The position numbers and the translations under genes are program-made. Under the pieces are notes generated by a model. It did not search any database, was not told the DNA's origin, and saw nothing but the letters and a program-made list of their open reading frames with translations. A stretch of DNA of 64,000 bases from Felis catus (lineage: Eukaryota): positions 58,344,001 through 58,408,000 of the forward strand of contig NC_058382.1 in NCBI RefSeq assembly GCF_018350175.1, written 5' to 3'. Below are positions 50,653 through 60,755 of the stretch, one piece after another. Numbering within the stretch: position 1 is the stretch's first letter; each line of letters starts with the position of its first letter.

Positions 50653-50821
50653 TGGGACGCCAGGGGGGCTCGGTCGGCTCGGCGTCCGACTCTTGATTTC
50701 AGCTCAGGTCATGATACCATGGTTCATGAGATAGAGCCCCACGCTGGGCTCCCCACTGACAGCACAGAGCCTGCTTTGGATTTTCTCTCCCCATCTCTCT
50801 CGGCCCCTCCCCTGCTCCTTC

Positions 50822-50854
<33 letters not shown>

Positions 50855-50865
50855 GTTTAAAAATA
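50653..50865 (+). mobile_element. CAN-SINE
   Basis: SINE body, CT tract and A-rich tail. Confidence 0.88.
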
Positions 50866-50885
50866 ACCACCTCAAAACACCCAGC

Positions 50886-51135
50886 AGGGAAGGAGGGAAG
50901 GAAGTGGGGAAGGGAGAGGGAGGGAAGGATGGAGGAAAGGGGGAAGAAAGGAAGAAGGGAGGGAGGGAGGAAAGGAAGGGGGAGGGGGAGGAGAGGAAGA
51001 GGAGTGGGATGGAGGGAGGGGATAAGGGGGGAACAGAAGGGGAAGGGGGAGGGGAAAGGGGAGGTGAGGGGAAGAGGAGGGGAGGGAGGGGGAAAGGGGA
51101 GGGAAGTGGGGAGGGGGGAGGGGCGGAGGTGGATG
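50886..51135. repeat. Polypurine GA-rich low-complexity tract
   Basis: About 250 bp almost entirely G/A on plus. Confidence 0.9.
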
Positions 51136-51892
51136 AAAGAACAGCCGATGAAGCAGGCAAGAGGCAGAGGAAGCAGGCGTGGCCCCAGCTGGCGCAGGGA
51201 CACAGGACAAGAAGCTGCGCCAGGGTCAGGCAGAGGTGGCACCTAGGGGTCGCGTCAGCGTGCAGCGATTGTTTCAGCTTTCTAGAATTCCCGGGTGCTG
51301 AATGTTCACAAAGCGCCGTTCCTCATCCCAGCGCCCCGCCATGCCTCTCCTCCAGCTCCTCCCTCCCCACGGGACAGAAGGTGGGCGGCAGGTGGGGAGT
51401 GGCCCTGGGGATCGAGGAAGAGCTGGGGTCCAAGAGCTGTGTGACCTCAGCCAAGGCACTTCCCTCTCTGAGCCTGAGGTTCTGAAGTTCGGCCCCCCCA
51501 GGCTCTGTGTCCTGGTTTGTGAAACAGGCATCCTGCCACCAGCCTCAGGGACGGTGGCCACTGTCACTGTCAGTCACTGTCACGGAGCAGTCCCGGGAGG
51601 GCACTGCATCAGAAGACTGCCCGGGGCATCCCGAGTTGGGTCCAGAGGAGGAGGTGCTCCCCGGGGTGACCCACTCCCTCTGGGGTGGGGGGTGGGGGCT
51701 GAGGGCGGAGGGCCAGCCCGGAAGAGGCAACGGAGGCTGCGTGGGAGAGGCCCCGCGTGGGAGAGGCCCCGCGTGGGACGGGCTGAAGCTTGATTCTACA
51801 CCTGTGTGAGTGGAGGCCTTCCTTCACGGTCATTCTCACGGCAACGACAGCTGACTGATATCAAGCGAACGCTTTTAAAAAGCCAAGTCTTT

Positions 51893-52345
51893 GGGCGCCT
51901 GGGTGGCTCAGTCGGTTGAGTGTCCGACTTCGGCTCAGGTCATGGTCTCACGGTCTGTGAGTTCGAGCCCCGCGTCGGGCTCTGTGCTGACAGCTCAGAG
52001 CCTGGAGCCTGTTTCAGATTCTGTGTCTCCGTCTCTCTCTGACCTTCCCCCGTTCATGCTCTGTCTCTGTCTCAAAAGTAAATAAACATTAAAAAATAAA
52101 TAAAAAGCCAATTCGTGAGCCGAGATGATTATAAAAATTACTCCGCTCAGGGGCGCCCGGGTGGCTCAGTCGCTTGAGCGTCTGACTTTGGCTCAGGTCC
52201 TGATCTCACAGCTGGTGAGTTCGAGCCCAGCGTCGTTGGGCTCTGTGCTGACAGCTCGGGGCCTGCTTCGGATTCTGTGTCTCCTTCTCTCTCTGCCCCT
52301 CCCCTGCTTACACTCTGTCTCTCTCTCAAAAATAAGTAAAACCCC
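51893..52345 (+). mobile_element. Two SINEC_Fc copies (51893-52105, 52150-52345)
   Basis: Near-consensus heads and bodies; TSD-like AAAAAGCCAA around the first. Confidence 0.92.
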
Positions 52346-53203
52346 TACAATTTTTTAGAAAGTAACGATTTAATGGGAGAAAGATCTGGCGGGAGGGGTC
52401 CCCCCCGGGCTCCAAGTGCAGTCAGGCTAGTTTAGGTATAAATGTTCTCTCTTTCACACTTTTGCAGGAGTGTGAAAAACCTCCCTTTCATATTGAATCG
52501 GGCTGTTTATGTTCCCTTGGAAATATCAGATTGTTAATTATTTGCACAACAGCTTGAAGTAGAACAGGTTCTTTCCTGCACCCAGGCATAAAAATCCCCC
52601 TACGCCAAACGGCCACGACAGGGACAGGCAATGATACAAACTTCCTTCCTCCCGCGGTGGGGGGGGGGGGGGCCTGTCCCTCCTCTGCGCCATCAAGATA
52701 GATGGGGATGAGCTCTTTGCACACCACACGGCCTGCTCTGAAACCATGAGCATCTCCAGGGCAAGGACACGCTTGGCCAAGTTTTCACGGCAGCCTTCAA
52801 GACACTACCACCGGCCCACAGCAGTGAGTGCCTGCCGGCTCACCTACGGGTTCGCAGTGCAAAGGGAAAAGTCAACCGGTTTGTTCTCTGCACAGAGCAG
52901 AGCAATTAAGGCGACGCGCCGGCCGGCTGGGGGGCCGGAGCGGGCGGGGAGGTGCCTACTTCTAGAAGGCTGGCCCCTGGGGGTCTGTCTGCTGATTCCC
53001 TCCCTTCAGTTCCTACTTTTGCAGCTCAGAAGCTGGGCTCTAGAGGGGGAGATACAATCTTTCTGGAGTGAATCATACAGGTCTAGGGTTGGAAGTGGCC
53101 GTAGATAAACGGTTCCTGATAAAATATAGAGTGTCCAATATGGGACATACTCATATTAAAAAATCCTTCATCATTTATCTGCAGTTGAAAACTGGGCATC
53201 CTG

Positions 53204-54125
53204 GTTTTTTTTTTTTTTTTTTTTTTAAAGATTGTCTTTTCTTTTTTTAAAGTGCTTATTTTTGAGAGAGAGACAGAGCGTGAGTGGGGGACAGGCCAAG
53301 AGACACAGAATCCAAAGCAGGCTCCGGGCTCTGAGCTGTCAGCACAGAGCCCGACGCGGGGCTTGAACCCACAAAACTGTGAGATCGTGACCTGAGCCGA
53401 AGTCGGATGCTTAACCGACTGAGCCACCCAGGCCCCACTTCTTTTCTTTTCTTATTTTTCTCTTTTATTTTTTTTTTCTTTTCTTTTTTTAAAGTAGGGT
53501 CCACACCCAATGTGGGACTTGAACTCACAAGGCTGGGATTAAGAGTCCCATGCTCTACCAACTAAGCCAGCCAGGTGCCCCTTAAAAATTTTATTTTGGG
53601 GGCACCTGGGTGACTCAGTCAATTGGGCATCTGACTGTTCTTTCGGCTCCGGTCACTATCCCAGGGCAGTGGGATTGAGCCCTGTGTTGGGCTCTCTGCT
53701 GAGCATGGAACCTGCTTAAAATTCTTTCTCTCTCTCTACCCCTCTCCCCTGCTCGCAATTCTGTCTCTCTCTAAAATTAAAAAAAAAAAAATAGGGGTGC
53801 CTGGGTGGCTCATTCAGTTAAGTTCAACTTCGGCTCAGGCCACGATCTCGCGGCTCCTGGGTTCGAGCCCCGCGTCGGGCTCTGTGCTGACGGCTCAGAG
53901 CCTGGAGCCTGCTTCAGATTCTGTGTCTCCCTCTCTTTGCCCGTCCCCTCCCCATGCTCTCTCTCTCAAAGGTGAATAAACATTAAAACACTTTTTTAAT
54001 TAAAAAAATAAAATTAAAACAGTAACAGTAAAAAAGATTTTAAGTAATGTCTACCCCCAATGTGGGGCTCGAACTCGTGACCCCAAGATCAGGAGGCGCA
54101 TGCTCCACCGACAGAGCCAGCCACG
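53204..54125. mobile_element. Cluster of five CAN-SINEs in mixed orientation inside a MER53-like element
   Basis: Minus 53204-53436 and 53440-53581; plus 53598-53792 and 53794-54020; minus 54035-54125. Confidence 0.85.
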
Positions 54126-55123
54126 GGCATCCCGAATTCTTATTTGCTAGAGCCGGCAGCTCTACACAGAGGCGGCCGTCGTTCTAACATGGGTCTCCCA
54201 GATGAGGACACGGAGACCCAGAGAGGGAAAGTGAGTGAAAGGCAGAGTCCAGCTGGAAGTCGGACCCTGGTCTCTGCAGAGCCACCTCCCAGAAGAGATC
54301 AGAATAACCCTCTCAAGGTGGCGCCTCCTGAACAAAGACCTCACCTGAAGCCCAGGGAGAGGGCAAGGGGGAAGCATCATCGCTGAGGAATGAGACACTC
54401 TGCCTAAGTGGGTGGGCCCACGGCAGGAGGGAACCAGGTGCCGCTCCCAGCCAGTGGGGGTGGGGTGGGGTGGGGGGGAGGGGGGACCTGGGCAAGCTGT
54501 CCACACCTGGGTCCGTGTTGCAAACACAGGGGAGCAGATACTAACAGGCTGGGCACGCTGGGCTCCCCGTAGGCACAGGGAACATCTTGGTTTTCTTCCT
54601 TCTTTAGAAAAGGCACTTTCTTTTTGTCACAGGCTTAGAATTCCTGCAATTCCAGCCAGAGGGTCTGTGCCGGGAACAGATGCTACGAGCGTTAACACGC
54701 CTCCCATCCTGGTACACAGAGTGCAAAACATGAACATCTCCTGGCCTTTGCCCGCGGGCCTGCAGGAGGCTGTGAGCTCCTCTCCGAGAGACAGCGCGGG
54801 GACAGAGAGCCTGGGGACAGCTGCCAGGGGCCAGCAGCAAGTGAGAGAGGATGGGGGGCAGGGCACACACTGACCTTGCCAGCTACTATTCTGTCACGGC
54901 ACAGGGTGCTTCCCTGGGAATGACCGTCTAACTTTGAGCAAAATACTTGCCCACTGCCTGCTTGGGCCTCTGTGTGGTCAAGTTCAATGCTTGAAAAGGT
55001 TTGTGTACCTTTTCAAATGTCATATGCCAATAAAAGTGGTTATTTCAAAATAAGAAGTATGCTGTTAGAAGTCAAGGTAATGGTTAATGAACCACGGGTT
55101 AATTTTAAAACATGTGATTAAAA

Positions 55124-55620
55124 GGGCGCCTGGGTGGCTTAGTCAGCTGAGCATCTGATTCTTGATTTCGACCCAGGCAGGTCGTGATCTCACAGTTCGT
55201 GGGTTTGAGCCCCACGTCAGGCTCTGCCCTGACAGTGCAGAGCCTGCTTGGGATTCTCTCTCTCCCTTTCTCTCTCAAAATAAATAATCATTAAAATAAA
55301 AAACATGCAGTTAAAAAAAAATTTTTTTTAAGTAAGCTCCACACCCATGGTGGGGCTCGAACTCACAACCTTGAGATCAAGAATCATTTGCTCTTCTGAC
55401 TGAGCCGGCCAGGTGCCCCCCAAAACACGCAATTGTTTGTTTAAAAAAAAATTTATGTTTGTTTTTGAGAGAGAGAGAGAGAGAGACACAGAACCCGAAG
55501 CAAGCTCCAGGCTCTGAGCTGTCGGCACAGAGCCCGACGTGGGGCTCGAACCCACAGGTTGTGAGATCATGACCTGAGCCGAACTTGGACGCTCAACTGA
55601 CTGAGCCCCCCAGGCGCCCC
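55124..55620. mobile_element. Three CAN-SINEs (+, -, -)
   Basis: Heads at 55124 (+), ~55420 (-) and ~55620 (-). Confidence 0.87.
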
Positions 55621-56599
55621 ATGCAATTGTTTTTTCTAGCAGCCTTGATGACAGGAGCCACAAACTACCAGCCCACAGCAGTGAGTACCTGCCAGCTCAC
55701 CTCCTGAAGGTTTTCAGTGTAAAGAGAAGAGTAAACGATGCCCACTGCCTGTGGGGGACAAGGAACCAGCACTGGCTCCCAGGGAAGACTGTGGCTGGGG
55801 GTGGGGGGGGGCGGTGTGCAGGAGGAGATTCCTGGGGGAGTTCTACTTCTGGATGTGGGTGCACGCTTTTGATGGGCACCTATTACCACGTGTATATTGT
55901 ACCGTGATAATATTTTAATGGGTGGGGGGGGGGGTTTGCACTTGGTGGTCCCAGAGGCCTGGCCTTGCCTCTTTCCCGCCCCATGACCTTCACAAGCCTC
56001 TGTGTCCGCATCTGTAAAATGGGGATAACACCAGTATCCGGTCAGAGGATGAAAAGGAACAACCCAGGTGATGGGACCAGCTCCCACCACGGGGTCTGGT
56101 ACGGCGGGGCTCGCTCCGTGTTCAGTAGCACTGCTCTCTTTCCATGCCGGCTGAGGGCAAGTTCCAGGCTCAAGTCCTCAGAGGGGACCTAAACTTCGGC
56201 TCAGCGCCCACTGAGTTGCACCCCACCAGCAAGGGCTTCCAGGGAGAGGAGATTAGGTGATGAAGCTGTCAGCCTCCTTGGGGCTTGCAGAGGGATTAAG
56301 TCTTTCCATAAATACACTGCTTCCCTCCCTCCCTCCCACCCTTCCATCCATCCGGAGGAACCGGTACCCAGGGTGGGGACGAAGAACCCAAGGTGGGTGT
56401 GGCCCGGACAAGGTAAGTGGGAGGGCTGGTGCAGGGATCCTTGGGGGCTGGGCAGGAAACACCAGGGCCTGCCGGTCCAGCCGCGCCTCTCTGAGCCTCA
56501 GCTTCCTCATCTGTAAAGTGGGGTGTTCGTCCCACAAAGGCTGCACGATCTCAGAAGTGCCTTCACCCCGCTGCCTTCCATCTATCCTCTGGCTGCTCA

Positions 56600-58050
56600 G
56601 CCGGCACAGGCTGACCCTGCTGTGGGTTCCACCCAGGCCCCGGAGCCCGGAGCCTCGGGACAGTCCGACCGCCCTTGACCCCGCCCCCCACGCGGCCGAG
56701 CGAGCGGAGCTGCGGGTCTCCCTTAATGAGAGCCTCCCCGGGTTCCGCTGAGCTCTGCCTGCCCGGAGAAGGCGCGCGTGCGTTCACACTGGTCGCCCTT
56801 TGCGGTTGCAAACCTGCTTTGATGCCCTGGGAGCCGAGGGGGCCCCTAAGTGAGGCGGCTCATAAATAATATAGTTTGAAATACTCGATCGAGGGGAAAT
56901 GGTTCCTCTCGAGGCCTCCTGCCCCCACCCCCGGCTGGGCTCCTTTCCAGCTCTGAGGAATGGCGGTCTGGCCCATTCCCGAGGAACTCGTGACAGCGCG
57001 GGGTGTCGGCTGGAGAGTGGGGGGCCAGAGGCGGCCACGCGCGGACACACCCCCCACCCGCCCCGTGTAAGTTGCAACACGGCCAGAGGGGCCCAACTCT
57101 GCCCCAGCCCGAGTCTCCGCAGAAAAGTCTGCGAGAAGTTAGGGGGACGTCCGGGCCGCGAGGGTTCCCCGCCCCCCTCCCCCCACCGCCCCTGGGGACC
57201 CTCTGGCCTCCCCGGGCGCGCCCTTCCCGCCGCGGGAGCCGGCGGGGCGTGGACGCCGCTCGGGGGACTGCGGCTCTCGGGGACCGCGGCGTCCACTGGA
57301 AGGGGTGGGCGGGCGGCGCGGGGCACTCACCGCTTCCTGGGGGGCTCACTGCGGAGCCGCGCCCGGGGCGCACGGGGCCCACCCGGGCGCTGGTGGCGGC
57401 GGCGGCCGGGCTCCGGGGGCCGCGGCGACGAGCCTGCAAGAGAGAGCAGCGGGGGTCATGGCCCGGGCCGGGTAGCGCACTGGGGTCCCCGCTCCGCCCC
57501 GGCGGGCGCTCCTGGCCGCCGCCGCCGCCGCGAGCACGCCTCCCGCCCCCCCTCCCCTCCCCGGCCCCTCGGGGCGGTGCCGCCCGCAGCCCCGCCCCGC
57601 CCGCGGGCGCCGGATCGCACGGCCTGGGCGCGGGGGCGGAGCAGGCCCGCCCGCCGCCTCCCGCCGACCGTGCCAGGGGCGCGCCCGGCGCCCGCGCCTC
57701 CGGCCTCCCGCCTCAGTTTCCTCTCGCCCTGCCCGGAGGAGGAGGAGGAGGGTGGGGCCCAAGGAAAGTGTGGGCCCCTCCCCGGGGCTGGGTGCCAAGC
57801 TCCCTGAAGCCGTGTACCCCTGCCCGGGGTGGGGGGGGGGGAGGGGGGCGGCGGTGCGTGGAGAGGGGCTCCGGGGCCACCCCCTACCGTGTGGTCATAC
57901 TTGAGTCGGCCCCGTCGCCCGGCTGCAGGGAGGGGAGGCTCCAACATCCCGCCATCCCCAGTCCCCTACCCCAGCGCGGGGCCCTGGGGACAAGTTAGCA
58001 ACGTGCCCCCACGTCTTAGGGGAGCTACGGGGCCTCGGATGGCCCTCGTG
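56600..58050 (-). promoter_or_regulatory. C16orf74: CpG island / promoter of C16orf74
   Basis: Very high GC and CpG density, multiple GC boxes, repeat-free, surrounds the exon 1 donor. Confidence 0.85.
57331..57560 (-). other. C16orf74: C16orf74 non-coding first exon (5' end approximate)
   Basis: Strong donor GCG|gtgagt at 57331/57330 inside the CpG island; transcription start not determinable from sequence. Confidence 0.7.
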
Positions 58051-59284
58051 ATCAAAAGGCAGCCTCCCTGGTGTCGGGGTCTGGCCCCTCTGCTCTCTGC
58101 CCGCGCTATCACTCTTCACCTCTGGAGGTGACAGCTTCAGATATTTGCTGATAGCCAGCTGGGAGTAACTCCCCAGTTCCCCTCCCGGTGGGTACAGAGA
58201 TCTTTTATCCAAATGGGCTTCTTAGGAGGCTCCCTGGTGTGGAGGTCTCGGTTGGCACCGACCCAGCTAGCCAGGAGGAACAAAAGTGTCCCCTCCAGGG
58301 TTCTTTCTGTCCCTCATGCCAGCTCCATCTAACACGCCCAAAGTCTCCACACCCTGTGCTGTGTGTACTTCTGGAGGCTTGGAAGGGGAAACTGAGTCAC
58401 AGAGCAGGACAGTGACACTCCCTTGGCGAAAGCAGGAAAGAATTGAGTTGCAGGAAATACAGTCAGCATCCTAGCTGTGTTCGCCCTTTGAGTCATTCCT
58501 AAAAATGCTGCAATCTTTTTGTATCAAAGTCAGGAGTGACAGGTAGAAATGTATCCTGTTCCCCTCCCAAAAGGACAGAAGGGGGCAGGGTTAGGGACAG
58601 GATGCTCCTTCCATGGGTCCCCACTGGGAGGGAAGGTGGGCTGCCCAGGGTCTTGCGTCCTGGCTGTGAGCTGTGGGGCAGGGCTACTCGGAATTGTCTC
58701 CTTCAATGGTGGCAACACAGGTGTGGGGGAGGCCCTGGGGACGGTGGGCACAGCCACCAGGGCCTTGTTCCTGCCAGGTGGAGACCAGCGAGGCCTTTCC
58801 AGCAGGCAGAGAAGTCCTCGGCCGGCTGAACGGATGCTCGTTGTGAGATCAGCATTTCCGGGCCTCGGTTTCCACAAGGGACAAATGGGGATCTATTCGT
58901 GTCTACAAAACCTTTTGGAGCACTTACTCTGCGCCAGGCACCGGGGAACCCCAGTGTGTAGGATCACTGTCAGTGACGGCGTCACCTATGCACGAAACCC
59001 CCACGTCATCACCTGCTCAGGACGGGCCCTGCGAGGGGGAGACCCTGATGCTCTCTCCATTTCCCCAGGGGTCTGGGGCACAGGCCAGCTAGTGGGCCCA
59101 GGGAAAGACTTTGTCCCCATTCAGGGCGGGAGGTTGGGGGTTGCTACCGAGAGGTGGCCAGGAGGATGCGTTTTGTCAACAGCAAGGGTGGAGATGAGGA
59201 ATGCAAACAATCCAGGTTAACTTGCTCCTCCCCCGCCCGGCTCCCCCTCCCTCCCCCTCCGTCCCCCGGGGAACAGGAGGGGTT

Positions 59285-59500
59285 GTGCTTCAGTGTGTCA
59301 GAACTGCTCAGGGTCTGCACTTGACATTGACATCCTCCCGGGGCTGGGTCATTCTCTGTCATGGGGGCCGTCCTGGGGACTGCGGGATACTGCAAGGCAT
59401 CCCTGGCCTTCACCCCCTGGATGCCACTAGCATCACCTCCCCCTTTGCAACTTGTGACAGCTAGACACCTGTCCACTGGGGGGCGCAGTCACCTGCTCAT
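59285..59500. mobile_element. MER20-type hAT MITE
   Basis: GGGATACTGCAAGGCATCCCTGGCCTTCACCCCCTGGATGCCACTAGCA...TTGTGACA. Confidence 0.75.
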
Positions 59501-59890
59501 CCCCTGAGTGGATTCCAGCGGTTCCGGGGGGGGGGGGGGCGGGGCGGGGGGGGGGAGGTGAACAAGCAGATAAATGAAAATGCATAAAGCAAACGCCCAG
59601 GCCCAGGCTCACCCCAGGGATCCCGGCCTAATTGGACCAGGCAGAGCCCAGGTAAGGGTGTTTTCTAAAAACTCCCAGGTGACACACGCATTGGCTGCTC
59701 CCATGGAGAACCTCGAGTCTAACGTCAGAGTCCACTTGGCAGACTGGGGACTTAGGGACACATCAACCAAGTGCCGTGTGTGACACGGGTACAGATCCTG
59801 ATATGCACAGACCTGCTATGGAAAGGTATTTGTGAGGTAACAGTGGAAAAAGGAACAGAGTCTGGGTATTAGCTAATATTAAGAAATTAT

Positions 59891-60145
59891 AAATTTGAGA
59901 AACAGCTGGACGTAGGGGAAGGGAAGGAAAACTACGATAAAAACGGAGAAGGCAAATTGTAAGAGACTCCTAAATACAGAGAACAAACTGAGGGTTGACA
60001 AGGGAGGTGGGTGGGGGATGGGCACTGAGGAGGCCACTTGTTGGGAGGAGCTCTGGGTGTTGTAGGTAAGAGGTGAGTCACTGGATTCTACTCCTGAAGC
60101 CAAGACTACACTGTACGTTAACGAACTTGAATTTAAACTAAAAAA
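59891..60145 (+). mobile_element. 5'-truncated carnivore L1 3' UTR inserted in an older L1MC-like fragment
   Basis: AAGAGACTCCTAAATACAGAGAACAAACTGAGGGTTG...poly-A; TSD AAGAAATTAT at 59881-59890 and 60146-60155. Confidence 0.8.
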
Positions 60146-60282
60146 AAGAAATTATTACTAATTTTAATAGATACGGCAGTGGTATCATTGTGCTTTTAAA
60201 AGCTCCTGTTAGCGATGCGTATGGACGTGTATTTATGGGTCAATTTGGTATGAGGAGTAGTTTGTTTTAAAAGTGTCCAGGA

Positions 60283-60503
60283 GGGGCGCCTGGGTGGCTC
60301 AGTCGGTTAAGCGTCTGACTTCGGCTCAGGTCATGATCTCGCGGTCTGTGGGTTCAAGCCCCGCGTCGGGCTCTGTGCTGACTGCTCAGAGCCTGGAGCC
60401 TGTTTCAGATTCTGTGTCTCCCTCTCTCTCTGACCCTCCCCCATTCATGCTCTGTCTCTCTCTGTCTCAAAAATAAATAAACGTTAAAAAAATAAATAAA
60501 TAA
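60283..60503 (+). mobile_element. Young SINEC_Fc
   Basis: Near-consensus; perfect TSD AAAAGTGTCCAGGA at 60269-60282 and 60504-60517. Confidence 0.95.
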
Positions 60504-60537
60504 AAAAGTGTCCAGGAAAATAAAAAGGTGGCGGAGA

Positions 60538-60755
60538 GGGGCGCCTGGGTGGCTCAGTCGGTTGAGCGGCCGACTTCGGCTCAGGTCATGATCTCACGGT
60601 CCGCGGGTTGGAGCCCCGCGTCGGGCTCTGTGCTGACAGCTCGGAGCCTGGAGCCTGTTTCGGATTCTGTGTCTCCCTCTCTCTGACCCTCCCCCGTTAA
60701 TGCTCTGTCTCTCTCTGTCTCAAAAATAAACGTTAAAAAAAATTAAAAAAAAAAG
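60538..60755 (+). mobile_element. Young SINEC_Fc
   Basis: Near-consensus; TSD AAAAAGGTGG(C/A)GGAGA at 60522-60537 and 60756-60771. Confidence 0.95.

Noticed and set aside
46007..57330. MIR1910 ortholog (recalled as intronic in human C16orf74)
   Set aside because: I could not identify a matching hairpin by eye; not supportable without alignment.
56784..57998. Long Pro/Arg/Gly/Ala-rich ORFs (up to 331 aa)
   Set aside because: Expected from CpG-island composition; only the short ATG-initiated uORF is kept as a hypothesis.
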